A stretch of 64,000 nt of DNA from an uncultured bacterium (lineage in GTDB: Bacteria; RBG-13-61-14; CAYWKU01), in assembly GCA_964459325.1 (NCBI GenBank), contig CAYWKU010000007.1:83422-147421 (forward strand), given 5' to 3'. Position numbers and translations under genes: made by a program. The notes beneath the pieces were generated by a model that searched no databases, was not told the DNA's origin, and was given only the letters and a program-made list of their open reading frames with translations. Positions 18,839-27,409 of the stretch are shown here, in pieces. Positions within the stretch are counted from its first letter, which is position 1. Every line of letters starts with the position of its first letter.

Positions 18839-19615
18839 ATGTCTCCGCGATTCGTCGACCTGGCGATAGCCATAGAGAGCGACCTGCCGTCCGACCCGCC
18901 GAACATGATTCCGAAGATAAACTACATCGACCACAAGACCGGCGCCGAGCAGATGAAGATGTTCTTCCCGGGCGCAACCGACGACGACCTGCCCGGAGGC
19001 CTGGGATGGGCGGTGGAGGAAGTGACGCTGGCCACGCATTCCGGAAGTCACCTCGACGCCCCGTATCACTACCACCCCACGATGAACAACGGCGAGCGGA
19101 GCTGGACGATAGACGAAGTGCCGCTCGAATGGTGCATGGGCCCGGGGGTAAAGTTGGACTTCCGCGACAAACCCGACGGCCACAAGGTCACCGCCGAAGA
19201 GATGGAAAAGGCTCTGAACGACATAAATCATCCGCTCAACGAAGGCGACATCGTGCTGGTAAACACCGGCGCCGACAAGTACTGGGGAAAGCAGGAATAC
19301 CTGGTGAGAGGTTGCGGCATGGGCCGGGAGGCGACGCTGTGGCTGGCCGAGCGCGGGGTGAGGGTCGTCGGCACCGACGCCTGGAGCTGGGACAGGCCGT
19401 TGCCACTGATATCCAAGGAGTTCCAGGAAACCGGCGATTCCTCGATTATATGGGAAGGCCATTTCGCGGGCATCGAGAAGGCTTATTGTCACATAGAAAA
19501 GCTGACCAACCTCGACCAGTTGCCGCCGGACGGGTTCACTTTCTGCTGTTTCCCGGTAAAAATAAAGGGCGCCAGCGCGGGGTGGATTAGGCCGGTGGCC
19601 ATTATCTGGGAGTAA
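18839..19615 (+). CDS. Cyclase-family protein (kynurenine formamidase-like metal hydrolase)
   Basis: ATG at 18839 with AAGGAGGG upstream; HxGxHxDxPxH motif (THSGSHLDAPYHY) characteristic of the cyclase/arylformamidase family. Confidence 0.75.
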   Translation: MSPRFVDLAIAIESDLPSDPPNMIPKINYIDHKTGAEQMKMFFPGATDDDLPGGLGWAVEEVTLATHSGSHLDAPYHYHPTMNNGERSWTIDEVPLEWCMGPGVKLDFRDKPDGHKVTAEEMEKALNDINHPLNEGDIVLVNTGADKYWGKQEYLVRGCGMGREATLWLAERGVRVVGTDAWSWDRPLPLISKEFQETGDSSIIWEGHFAGIEKAYCHIEKLTNLDQLPPDGFTFCCFPVKIKGASAGWIRPVAIIWE

Positions 19616-19644
19616 ATAACGAACCATGTAAGTGAGGTGGAAGG

Positions 19645-20685
19645 ATGGAATTTATATCAAGGGAGCTTTTTTCCAGGTTTCGCCATCCGCAGAAAAACTT
19701 CGAGGAGATAGAAATCAGCGCCGAGGTGCGATGGGACCCGCTTACCGGTAGGGCGGGGCGAATTACGGCTCACAAGTCGGTCATGTTCCCCGCCGAAAAG
19801 GAGCAGCCCGACATATCGGAAGGCGTTGAGGCAAGCCGAAAGTTTTGCGTCTTCTGCTCCCCCAACGTTGACAACATGACGCCGAAACTTCCCGAGCAGA
19901 TTTTCGCGGAGGAAAAGCTCGAGTACAGGGGCACGATATTGTTCCCGAACATCTTTCCTTACGGCGCAGGCAGCGCCGTTCTTATCTACGGACGTGACCG
20001 CCATTACATCCCGGTGGGCGAGTTCGGTGTCGAGCTTCAGGTGGCGGCGCTTACCAACTGCCGGGAGTACATTTCCCGGTATCAGAAATTTAACCCGGCG
20101 ATGGTGCACTCGAGCATATCCCAGAATTACCTCCCGGCCAGCGGGGGCAGTCTTGTGCACCCTCACCTTCAGGTGCAGGTCGACGAGTTCCCGCCGCAGC
20201 ACCAACTGGACCTGGTGGAAAGCGCCCGCCGCTATTCACTGAAGACCGGCTCCAACTACTGGCAGGACCTGCTGTGGGAGGAAGAACAGAGGCAGGTGCG
20301 ATGGTTGGGGCGCATCGGCGAATGGGGCTGGTTCACCCCGTTTGCTCCGTGGGGCTTCAAGGAAGTGGCGGCGGCGCTGCCCGGCAAGAAGTGCGTCACC
20401 GAATGCTCGGAAAAGGAGTTGACCGAGTTGGCCGAAGGCATTGAAAACGTGCAGAGGTACTACCGCGCCGCCGGGGTGAACTCATTCAATTTCACCATAT
20501 ACTCCACCTCCACCGGCGAGGAGTCGTGGTCGCTCTTCTTCCGCATGATTTGCCGCGCAAGCTGGGAATCCTGGTACCGCAACGACCGGACCTTCCACGA
20601 AGTAATGCTCGGGGAGGCTGCGGTGTTCGAGCCTCCCGAGCGCGTGGCCGAGCAGGCTCGGCCTTACTTCGCGGGAGAGAAGTAA
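19645..20685 (+). CDS. GalT-like HIT-superfamily nucleotidyltransferase (galactose-1-phosphate uridylyltransferase family)
   Basis: N-terminal Cys pair (FCVFCSP) and HPH-x-Q active-site-like motif (SGGSLVHPHLQVQV); assignment by motif only. Confidence 0.5.
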   Translation: MEFISRELFSRFRHPQKNFEEIEISAEVRWDPLTGRAGRITAHKSVMFPAEKEQPDISEGVEASRKFCVFCSPNVDNMTPKLPEQIFAEEKLEYRGTILFPNIFPYGAGSAVLIYGRDRHYIPVGEFGVELQVAALTNCREYISRYQKFNPAMVHSSISQNYLPASGGSLVHPHLQVQVDEFPPQHQLDLVESARRYSLKTGSNYWQDLLWEEEQRQVRWLGRIGEWGWFTPFAPWGFKEVAAALPGKKCVTECSEKELTELAEGIENVQRYYRAAGVNSFNFTIYSTSTGEESWSLFFRMICRASWESWYRNDRTFHEVMLGEAAVFEPPERVAEQARPYFAGEK

Positions 20686-20712
20686 GCCCACTTCCCCCGT
20701 TTTAAAGCCGTT

Positions 20713-21555
20713 TTATTTGTTTCTGCCCAGCGTCTGCACCAGCGGTATGCCGTTGGTGCCGGCGGGTATGTATACCGTGGTGTGGTTCGGCGATTTGGCC
20801 ATGTCGAGTTGCGCCTGTATGGCCTCGTGCTGGAGATACAGCTCGCTCAGAGTCTCGTTGATAATACGCTGTGACTTGGCTATACCTTCGGCCTCAACGA
20901 CCCTTTTCTCGGCCTGTTTTCTCTCGATTTTAATCTCGATGTCCGTCTTTTCCAGTTCCTGGGTGGCGGCCATTTTTTCGCTGACGGCCTGGGTTACGTT
21001 CTTGGGATACTGGATGTTTCCTACCACCACCGACTCGAAAACGAAAGGCGTCCCCTCGTACTTCTCCCGGAGTCTGGCCAGGATATCGTCGCCGATTTTG
21101 GCGATGTTGTTTTTAATTTCCAGCGACTCGTACTTCTGGATTTCGTCCCGAACGGTTGTCCTGAAGACCTCTTTAACGGATTGCGAATACCACTGCTCGC
21201 CCATCCATTTTTCTACAACTCTTTTGGAGCCGTCTTCCTCGATGTGGCAGATAAGGTGGGCCTGAAACTCGATGCGCAGGTTGTCCTTGGCCAGCACCGA
21301 AGATTCGTTCATGAAGGGCTCGGTGTAAGTCCGCGTCCTCATGTCGATAATTTGTGCGAACTTCCGCCAGCTTATCCCAAGCTTTGCGGGGCCTTTGAGG
21401 GTGGTGACGTAGCCGCCCTGCCCGAAGTAATAGGGCCGGGAGTAGATGTAGCCCTCGTGCCCCGCGGGCACCTCGGGGTTGGTGATGCCCGTGCATCCCT
21501 GCAGCAGGGCAAAGCCCATTACCGCGACGATTGCGATGGTTAAAATGCGTCTCAT
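20713..21555 (-). CDS. SPFH/band-7 (prohibitin-like) domain lipoprotein
   Basis: Signal peptide with lipobox LLQGC; central region resembles SPFH domains with a C-terminal coiled-coil-like segment. Confidence 0.65.
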   Translation of the reverse strand: MRRILTIAIVAVMGFALLQGCTGITNPEVPAGHEGYIYSRPYYFGQGGYVTTLKGPAKLGISWRKFAQIIDMRTRTYTEPFMNESSVLAKDNLRIEFQAHLICHIEEDGSKRVVEKWMGEQWYSQSVKEVFRTTVRDEIQKYESLEIKNNIAKIGDDILARLREKYEGTPFVFESVVVGNIQYPKNVTQAVSEKMAATQELEKTDIEIKIERKQAEKRVVEAEGIAKSQRIINETLSELYLQHEAIQAQLDMAKSPNHTTVYIPAGTNGIPLVQTLGRNK

Positions 21556-21671
21556 GATTTCCTCCTTTCAGGAAACGGTTTAATCGGTTGTTGTTTGATT
21601 CTTTAAGATTTTACAAGCTTAGAGCATTAAAGGGTACCATGGTGTCGAAAAGCGCCCGATGCAAAGTACCT

Positions 21672-21826
21672 GATGGTAGGCGCGACCCCCGGCTGTAGCC
21701 TTACGGAGCCTGCCCGTCCGGGCGAAGCACTACTGTCGCGCACCCGCAGGCAGCTTCCGTGCTGCCCGGCAGGAGTGCCGGGCCTACCATCTTTATGCGC
21801 GGCAGGAGCGCCGGGCCTACCATTTT
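21672..21826. repeat. Dispersed hairpin repeat family, locus 3 (tandem copies of the CCCGGCAGGAGYGCCGGGCCTACCAT unit)
   Basis: 21765-21791 and 21798-21826 are tandem near-identical units with a CCCGGCA-GGAG-TGCCGGG hairpin; 21681-21707 is the reverse complement of 2567-2595; the same unit occurs at 5003-5031 and 5057-5082. Confidence 0.7.
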
Positions 21827-21858
21827 TCGACATCCTCGGAAAGCCCCCTGCTTACCTT

Positions 21859-24324
21859 TCATTTGTCCGAAAGCCTGAACACTCCGTCCCAGTCAGAGGG
21901 TGGTGGCTTTTCGAGGTAAAGCCGGCATCTTTCGAGGTAAGTGCGACTGGGACCGTCTTCCGGAATAAAGTTCAAAGCCGCTTCGAAACTGGAGATTGCG
22001 TCGCCCCAGTTCATCTTCCGGTAACTTACCACCCCGTCGTTGTAGGCTTTCAGCATCCGCACCCGCTTGCGGCTCAATGAACCTTTCCGGCCCATAAGCT
22101 CATATACCCTTACCGGCCGCTCCTTCCCCGCCACGGCCACCATGTCCAGGAATCTCACCTCGAAATGGTTTTTCACCTGCTTGTAGGTTTCGCGGGCAAT
22201 CATGATGTAGGTTCCGTACTGCTTGTTGGCGCCTTCGAGCCTGCTGGCCAGGTTCACCTCATCGCCCATGATGGTGTAGTTGAGCCTGCCCTCGCTGCCC
22301 ATGTTTCCCACCACCATGGGGCCGGTATTCAGCCCCATCCGGACGCGCATGTTCTTCACCAGGTCGGGCCGGTTACCTTCGCGTCGCCATTTTTCCCGAA
22401 GCGTACTCAGCGCCGCCTGCATCTCCAGGGCCGCGTTACATGCCCGGACGGCGTGGTCCTCAAAACTCAACGGCGCGCCCCAGAATGCCATGATAGCGTC
22501 CCCTTCGTACTTGTCGATGGTGCCGCCGTATTTTTCTATAACCCTGGCCATTGCCGAAAGGTACTCGTTCAATAACCCGACCAGCTGCCCTGCGTCGCCC
22601 AGCTTTTCGCTAATGGTGCTGAACTTTTCGATATCGCTGAAAAAGGCGGTAAGCTCCTTCTCCACTCCCCCGAGTTCCACCAGGGACGGGTCCTTGATAA
22701 TCTCATCCACCACGGTAGGCGCGAGATACTTGCCGAAAGTGTCCTTTATCCACGTCCTCTCGCGCTCGTGCAGTCTGGCCCTGTTGAACAGGCCGCCCGC
22801 ATAAAGGGCAACCACCGCCGACGCCGGAGCGGCTACGGGAATCCACAGACCGCCCCGAACGAAGCCTGCATACGAGCCGATTGCGACAGTCACCAGCAAC
22901 GCCGCCAGTATGGTTGCTCCCGCCGCCAGGGGCGGTCTCCAGAGCATGAATAAAATCATCGAAACCAGCCCCGCCAGAAAAACAATCCCTCCCTCGATAA
23001 TCTCCAGCCGCCATTTCCTTTGGCCGGGCATCTCAGCCATCTCGAGTAGGTCTTTGATTTTATTATCAAGAAACAGGGATAACGGAACGATAAAGTCCTT
23101 CGTGAGTATGGTGTCCAGGGTGTTGGCGTGAATTTCCAGTCCCGGAGTGTATCCCGTTTTTACGCCTTCCGCGGCGGTATCTTGGGAACTTATTTTCTGG
23201 CCGCCGAACGGGGTGGGGTATTCATCGTGGGCCAGTTGGTGAGTGTTTCCCACGAGCGCGATTTTGCCTTCTACTTTTTCGGGGTCGAAATCCCCCTTCA
23301 ATACGTCTCCAAAGGATATTCTCGGGTAAGTATCCCTCCCGCCGCGGTAGTTGATTAATATGTTTCCGTTTACGAGGGGAATTTTCAGCGCGTCCTCGTC
23401 TCCGCCCATTACAAGCTTCCAGTCGGTGCTTTGAATCAACTCTGGATGGGCCGGGTACCTGACCCTGATTGCGGTCTCCAGCGCCAGCGCTGCCCGCTTG
23501 TTCGGGTCTTCGGCCGAGCGCCCCACTATGGCGGGCATGCGCCTGACCCGAGCGTCCGGGTCTTCGATGATATTGACGGCGCCTTCGCCGAGGAGGGAGC
23601 CGAATCTCAACCCTTTAACGGCAACGTACAACTTCGTGCCCGCCGGTACGCCCTGCACGGTGAGCTCGAGGCTATCTTCATCCGCCGCCACGTCCACGTG
23701 ACCGCCCGAACCTTCTCTTACGGCGCCGGTGTCCTTGATGGGATTGAGTGAGTAAAATACCCGAAATCCGTTAATTACCCGACCGGGGCGCGGCTTCCAT
23801 CGGATGTCAGCCACGCCGTTTTCGTCCACCGTCACAATTTTTGAAGCGTCCACGACAGCCTCTTCGGTGACGCAGGGCACTTCGGTGTCCAGAAACATAT
23901 CCCTCGGCCGAACCCATCCGCCCATAGCGATGAAGCTGGAAAGTATCACATTCCCCGCGCAGGCTATTTCCCGGGCCAGTTTTTCATCTCCGGGCTTGGA
24001 AGTAGCGAAGTCCATGTCGAAAACCACCGCCATTGCGCCCGCTTCGTTGAGGGCTTCGAGAACCCGGGCGTGTTCGGCGCGGGTGATGGAGCCGATGGCC
24101 TTATCGAGGGTTTTGCGGGTGGATTCGTCTATGGTTACAAGCAGGACGTCCGAATGCGGAGCTTTTTGGCCCCGGATTAAAAAGCGCAGGTCGTAAGAAA
24201 GGCGCTCGAGGCCGTCGAAAGCGCCGGCGGCTTCCAGCGCGGTTATCGCCACAACGAGGGCAAGCCCCAGCCACAGGCCGGTCAGCCTGCCGGGAGGCTT
24301 CGAGGATTTTCCGGTATCAGCCAC
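21859..24324 (-). CDS. CHASE2 sensor domain-containing adenylate/guanylate cyclase (class III)
   Basis: N-terminal periplasmic CHASE2-like region, transmembrane helices, then cyclase catalytic domain (FFSDIEKFSTISEKL...YEGDAIMAFWGAP...RMGLNTGPMVVGNMGS...YTIMGDEVNLASRLE), C-terminal TPR-like tail. Confidence 0.8.
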   Translation of the reverse strand: MADTGKSSKPPGRLTGLWLGLALVVAITALEAAGAFDGLERLSYDLRFLIRGQKAPHSDVLLVTIDESTRKTLDKAIGSITRAEHARVLEALNEAGAMAVVFDMDFATSKPGDEKLAREIACAGNVILSSFIAMGGWVRPRDMFLDTEVPCVTEEAVVDASKIVTVDENGVADIRWKPRPGRVINGFRVFYSLNPIKDTGAVREGSGGHVDVAADEDSLELTVQGVPAGTKLYVAVKGLRFGSLLGEGAVNIIEDPDARVRRMPAIVGRSAEDPNKRAALALETAIRVRYPAHPELIQSTDWKLVMGGDEDALKIPLVNGNILINYRGGRDTYPRISFGDVLKGDFDPEKVEGKIALVGNTHQLAHDEYPTPFGGQKISSQDTAAEGVKTGYTPGLEIHANTLDTILTKDFIVPLSLFLDNKIKDLLEMAEMPGQRKWRLEIIEGGIVFLAGLVSMILFMLWRPPLAAGATILAALLVTVAIGSYAGFVRGGLWIPVAAPASAVVALYAGGLFNRARLHERERTWIKDTFGKYLAPTVVDEIIKDPSLVELGGVEKELTAFFSDIEKFSTISEKLGDAGQLVGLLNEYLSAMARVIEKYGGTIDKYEGDAIMAFWGAPLSFEDHAVRACNAALEMQAALSTLREKWRREGNRPDLVKNMRVRMGLNTGPMVVGNMGSEGRLNYTIMGDEVNLASRLEGANKQYGTYIMIARETYKQVKNHFEVRFLDMVAVAGKERPVRVYELMGRKGSLSRKRVRMLKAYNDGVVSYRKMNWGDAISSFEAALNFIPEDGPSRTYLERCRLYLEKPPPSDWDGVFRLSDK

Positions 24325-24341
24325 GGCGCCTTTAGAACCGA

Positions 24342-25832
24342 TTAGAAATCACGGTTATTCTTCCACGCCAACCGCCCGCCATCGGGTGGTGAAAGCTTCC
24401 CTTCGGTGGCTCCCACCATGGAGTCCATCAATATAATCACCCTTGCCTCGGCGAGGTAGTTGCTTTGGCGGTTTGTCATCCGGATTAGCCTGGCGACAGG
24501 GTCGGATACGATGATTCGGGCTTTTTTCTCGCCTGCGGAATCGTCGGCTTTGGTCTCCAAAGGCGCCTTACCCTGGCGGAGGGTAACCGTCGCCTCTGCT
24601 CGAAGCAGGAAAATGGGATTGGAAGGCGCGAAAAGGCTCGACCACGCGCCCATGCCCAGCGACGCCACGCGGACTTTCCTTTTTTGCCGCGCGGGGAGGG
24701 CCTTAATCCGCAACGGATTCGGCCCCAGCCGTGCGCCTTCGGGGTTTTTGCTCTTTTCAAGTGCATAAACCGCCGCGCCCCGACGTGAAAGGGCGCCGCC
24801 GGTGACCATTCCGGCGCCGTAAACCACGTTATCGTCCTTGTCGGCGATTACCGGAAACAGGGCGGGGTTAACCCCGGTGCCACGGGCGTCCACCACCAGG
24901 CCTGTGTAGTTTTCGGTTTTCTTTTCTTCCGGTTCTTCCTTCTCCTCCTCTCCCGGTTGAGGTCGAGGTTGCCGTTCTTGAGGTTCAGGAGCGGGCATCT
25001 GCCCGAAAATATCCCTGAACGCAATGGTCACGCCCTTGAGTCCCCACAGTGGCACGCGCACCGTTACATTAAATTCATCCCCTTTTCTCCGAGTATCCAC
25101 CACCTCGGCGCCCTGAACCAGCCCCCGGATGCGGTATTTCCTTTGCTTCTGTTTCTCCAGTATATTATCCATTCCCGAGTCGGGGTCGTAGTTGATGCCC
25201 TTTACGATTTCCATGGCCACGGCATAAGCGTCCACCCTGGCGGCGCGTTTGGCCATTTCTTCCGCATTCGGTTGTTCATTCGGTATTTTTCCCGTCCCCG
25301 TGGCTTCCAGGAACCCCTCCTCCCAGTTCACCTTACCTTTCGGGAAAGGTTGAATCGCCGCGGGGTAGCCTGTAGTTTCATCGGGTGGAGCGGGAGGCAG
25401 CTCCTTTTCGAGACCGGCGGGAATAACCACGTCCGCTTCAATTCTTACCACGTACAAGTCCCCCTGCCGCTCGTCGGTGACAACCTTTACGTTTTTCACC
25501 CTCCCCTGCAAAGTCGCGGTTACAGTGCGGCGTTTTTCGTCGGGAGCGGCCACCAGGTCGACAAACGCGCCCAGGGCCCTTTCCACCGCGTCGCGCTTTG
25601 CGAGGGCAAAAGCGGCCTTGCGGGACAGGCTCTCGCGTTTTCGCTCTATGGGCATTACCGCCGAGCCGGTGGTTCTTACGACGCGGGCGTCCTTTGAAAC
25701 GGCCTGCGCCTCGGCGGTGGAGGCGGTTGTTTCTTCCGACGCGGAAGAGTTGCCTTTATCGGGTGAAGAAACGATATACGCCGGAAAAATCACGACCACA
25801 GCAATTATCAGGCATATTATTTTCGATTTCAT
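24342..25832 (-). CDS. Secreted hypothetical protein with two internally repeated domains (possibly LPP20/FlgT-like)
   Basis: Start chosen at internal Met (MKSKIICLIIAVVVIFPAYIV signal peptide); two related segments (AAFALAKRDAVERALGAF... and AKRAARVDAYAVAMEIVKGI...). Domain identity is uncertain. Confidence 0.45.
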   Translation of the reverse strand: MKSKIICLIIAVVVIFPAYIVSSPDKGNSSASEETTASTAEAQAVSKDARVVRTTGSAVMPIERKRESLSRKAAFALAKRDAVERALGAFVDLVAAPDEKRRTVTATLQGRVKNVKVVTDERQGDLYVVRIEADVVIPAGLEKELPPAPPDETTGYPAAIQPFPKGKVNWEEGFLEATGTGKIPNEQPNAEEMAKRAARVDAYAVAMEIVKGINYDPDSGMDNILEKQKQRKYRIRGLVQGAEVVDTRRKGDEFNVTVRVPLWGLKGVTIAFRDIFGQMPAPEPQERQPRPQPGEEEKEEPEEKKTENYTGLVVDARGTGVNPALFPVIADKDDNVVYGAGMVTGGALSRRGAAVYALEKSKNPEGARLGPNPLRIKALPARQKRKVRVASLGMGAWSSLFAPSNPIFLLRAEATVTLRQGKAPLETKADDSAGEKKARIIVSDPVARLIRMTNRQSNYLAEARVIILMDSMVGATEGKLSPPDGGRLAWKNNRDF

Positions 25833-26002
25833 AATGTCCCCTCGATTTTTAAATGCGGCTGATACGGGTATACCGCTACCCGGGGTACAATTCCCCCTCA
25901 ATTCACCATAAGGACGGGTAAAAGATACCGGCTTTGGAGCATAATTTCAATATTCAGGTGTTAATGTTCTCCGGTGGGTAAATTCAATAGCCAAATGGAA
26001 AA

Positions 26003-27406
26003 TTACGGGCTCGGCTCTGCTTCCTCGTCTTTTTCCGAGAGCTTGCTCTGTTTTCTGTAGAGCGTGCGGCGGTTGATGCCCAGAATTTTGGCCGCCAGCT
26101 CCTTTTTGCCGCCCGTTTTTTTAAGAACTTCCCTGATGTATGTGTCTTCCAGCTCCTCCAGGGTCATGTCTTCGTTGACCGCTTTTTCCACCAGTTTCGG
26201 GGAATCCTCGGACGGCTCGAAAGCCAGCTCATCCGGGCCTATCACATCGGACTGGCAGAGCACCAGCGACCTTTCGATGAGGTTTTCCAGCTCTCTTACG
26301 TTGCCCTGCCAGTCGTGAGTCATCAACTTGGCCATGGCTTCCCGTGAGAGCCTTTTCAAGGAAGTATTCATTTGTTCGGAGTACTTGGTCAAAAAGTGTT
26401 CCGCCAGTAGAGGAATATCCTCCCTTCTTTCCCGAAGCGGAGGCAGGTGAATGGGAATGACGTTGAGCCTGTAATACAGGTCTTCGCGAAAGTTGCCTTT
26501 GGATATTTCTTCCCTCAGATTTTTCTGCGTGGCGGCGATTATCCTGACGTCGATAGTACGCGGCTCGCTGCCGCCCACCGGCCTGACTTCCTTGTCTTCG
26601 ATAACCCTCAGTATCTTCGCCTGCAGCGCCTGCCCCATTTCAGCGATTTCGTCCAGGAACACGGTGCCGTTCTGGGCATCCAGAAGCATTCCCCGGTGGC
26701 TTGCCACGGCGCCGGTGAACGCTCCCTTGACGTGCCCGAAAAGCTCGCTTTCCAGCAGTCCGTCAGGTATGGCGGCGCAGTTTATGGGTATGAACGGTTT
26801 ATCGTTTCGGGGGCCGTTGTAATGCACGGCCTTTGCCACCAGCTCCTTGCCGGTTCCCGATTCGCCGAGCACCAGCACGTTGCTGGATGTGGGCGAGACG
26901 CGGGATATGATTTCGAACACCCTCTTCATCGAAGGGCTTTTGCCTATTATGTTGCCGTAGCGGTACCGCTGGTGAACTTCATTGCGAAGTTGGATATTCT
27001 CGCGCTTGAGCCGGTACAACTGGGCCGCGTTGCGAACCCTGTTCCGTATTTCGTCGTTGTTGGTAAAAGGTTTGCTGAAGAAGTCGTAAGCGCCCTTCCG
27101 CATGGTCTCGACCGCCAGGTCTATCGACCCGAAGGCGGTAATCATGATAACGGCGCTTTCCGGGGATTTTTCGCGGGCGTAGGAAAGAACTTCCATGCCA
27201 TCCACATCGGGCATTTTTATGTCCGCGATAACTACGGGATAACTCTTTTCGGAAATTTTTTCTATTGCCGCACGGCCGCCGGTGACAACTTCCACCTCGT
27301 GCCCGTCCTTTTCGAGGATGTCCTTGAGCAGCGACCCCATTTCAACTTCGTCATCGACGACGAGAACGCTGGCGCTATGCTCCCGGTTATGTGCCTCTTC
27401 TTCCAT
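26003..27406 (-). CDS. Sigma-54-dependent response regulator (NtrC/Fis family: REC + AAA+ sigma-54 activator + HTH)
   Basis: Receiver domain (VLVVDDE...ADIKMPDVDG), Walker A GESGTGKE, GAFTGA sigma-54 interaction motif, C-terminal Fis-type HTH. Confidence 0.9.
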   Translation of the reverse strand: MEEEAHNREHSASVLVVDDEVEMGSLLKDILEKDGHEVEVVTGGRAAIEKISEKSYPVVIADIKMPDVDGMEVLSYAREKSPESAVIMITAFGSIDLAVETMRKGAYDFFSKPFTNNDEIRNRVRNAAQLYRLKRENIQLRNEVHQRYRYGNIIGKSPSMKRVFEIISRVSPTSSNVLVLGESGTGKELVAKAVHYNGPRNDKPFIPINCAAIPDGLLESELFGHVKGAFTGAVASHRGMLLDAQNGTVFLDEIAEMGQALQAKILRVIEDKEVRPVGGSEPRTIDVRIIAATQKNLREEISKGNFREDLYYRLNVIPIHLPPLRERREDIPLLAEHFLTKYSEQMNTSLKRLSREAMAKLMTHDWQGNVRELENLIERSLVLCQSDVIGPDELAFEPSEDSPKLVEKAVNEDMTLEELEDTYIREVLKKTGGKKELAAKILGINRRTLYRKQSKLSEKDEEAEPSP

Positions 27407-27409
27407 TTG

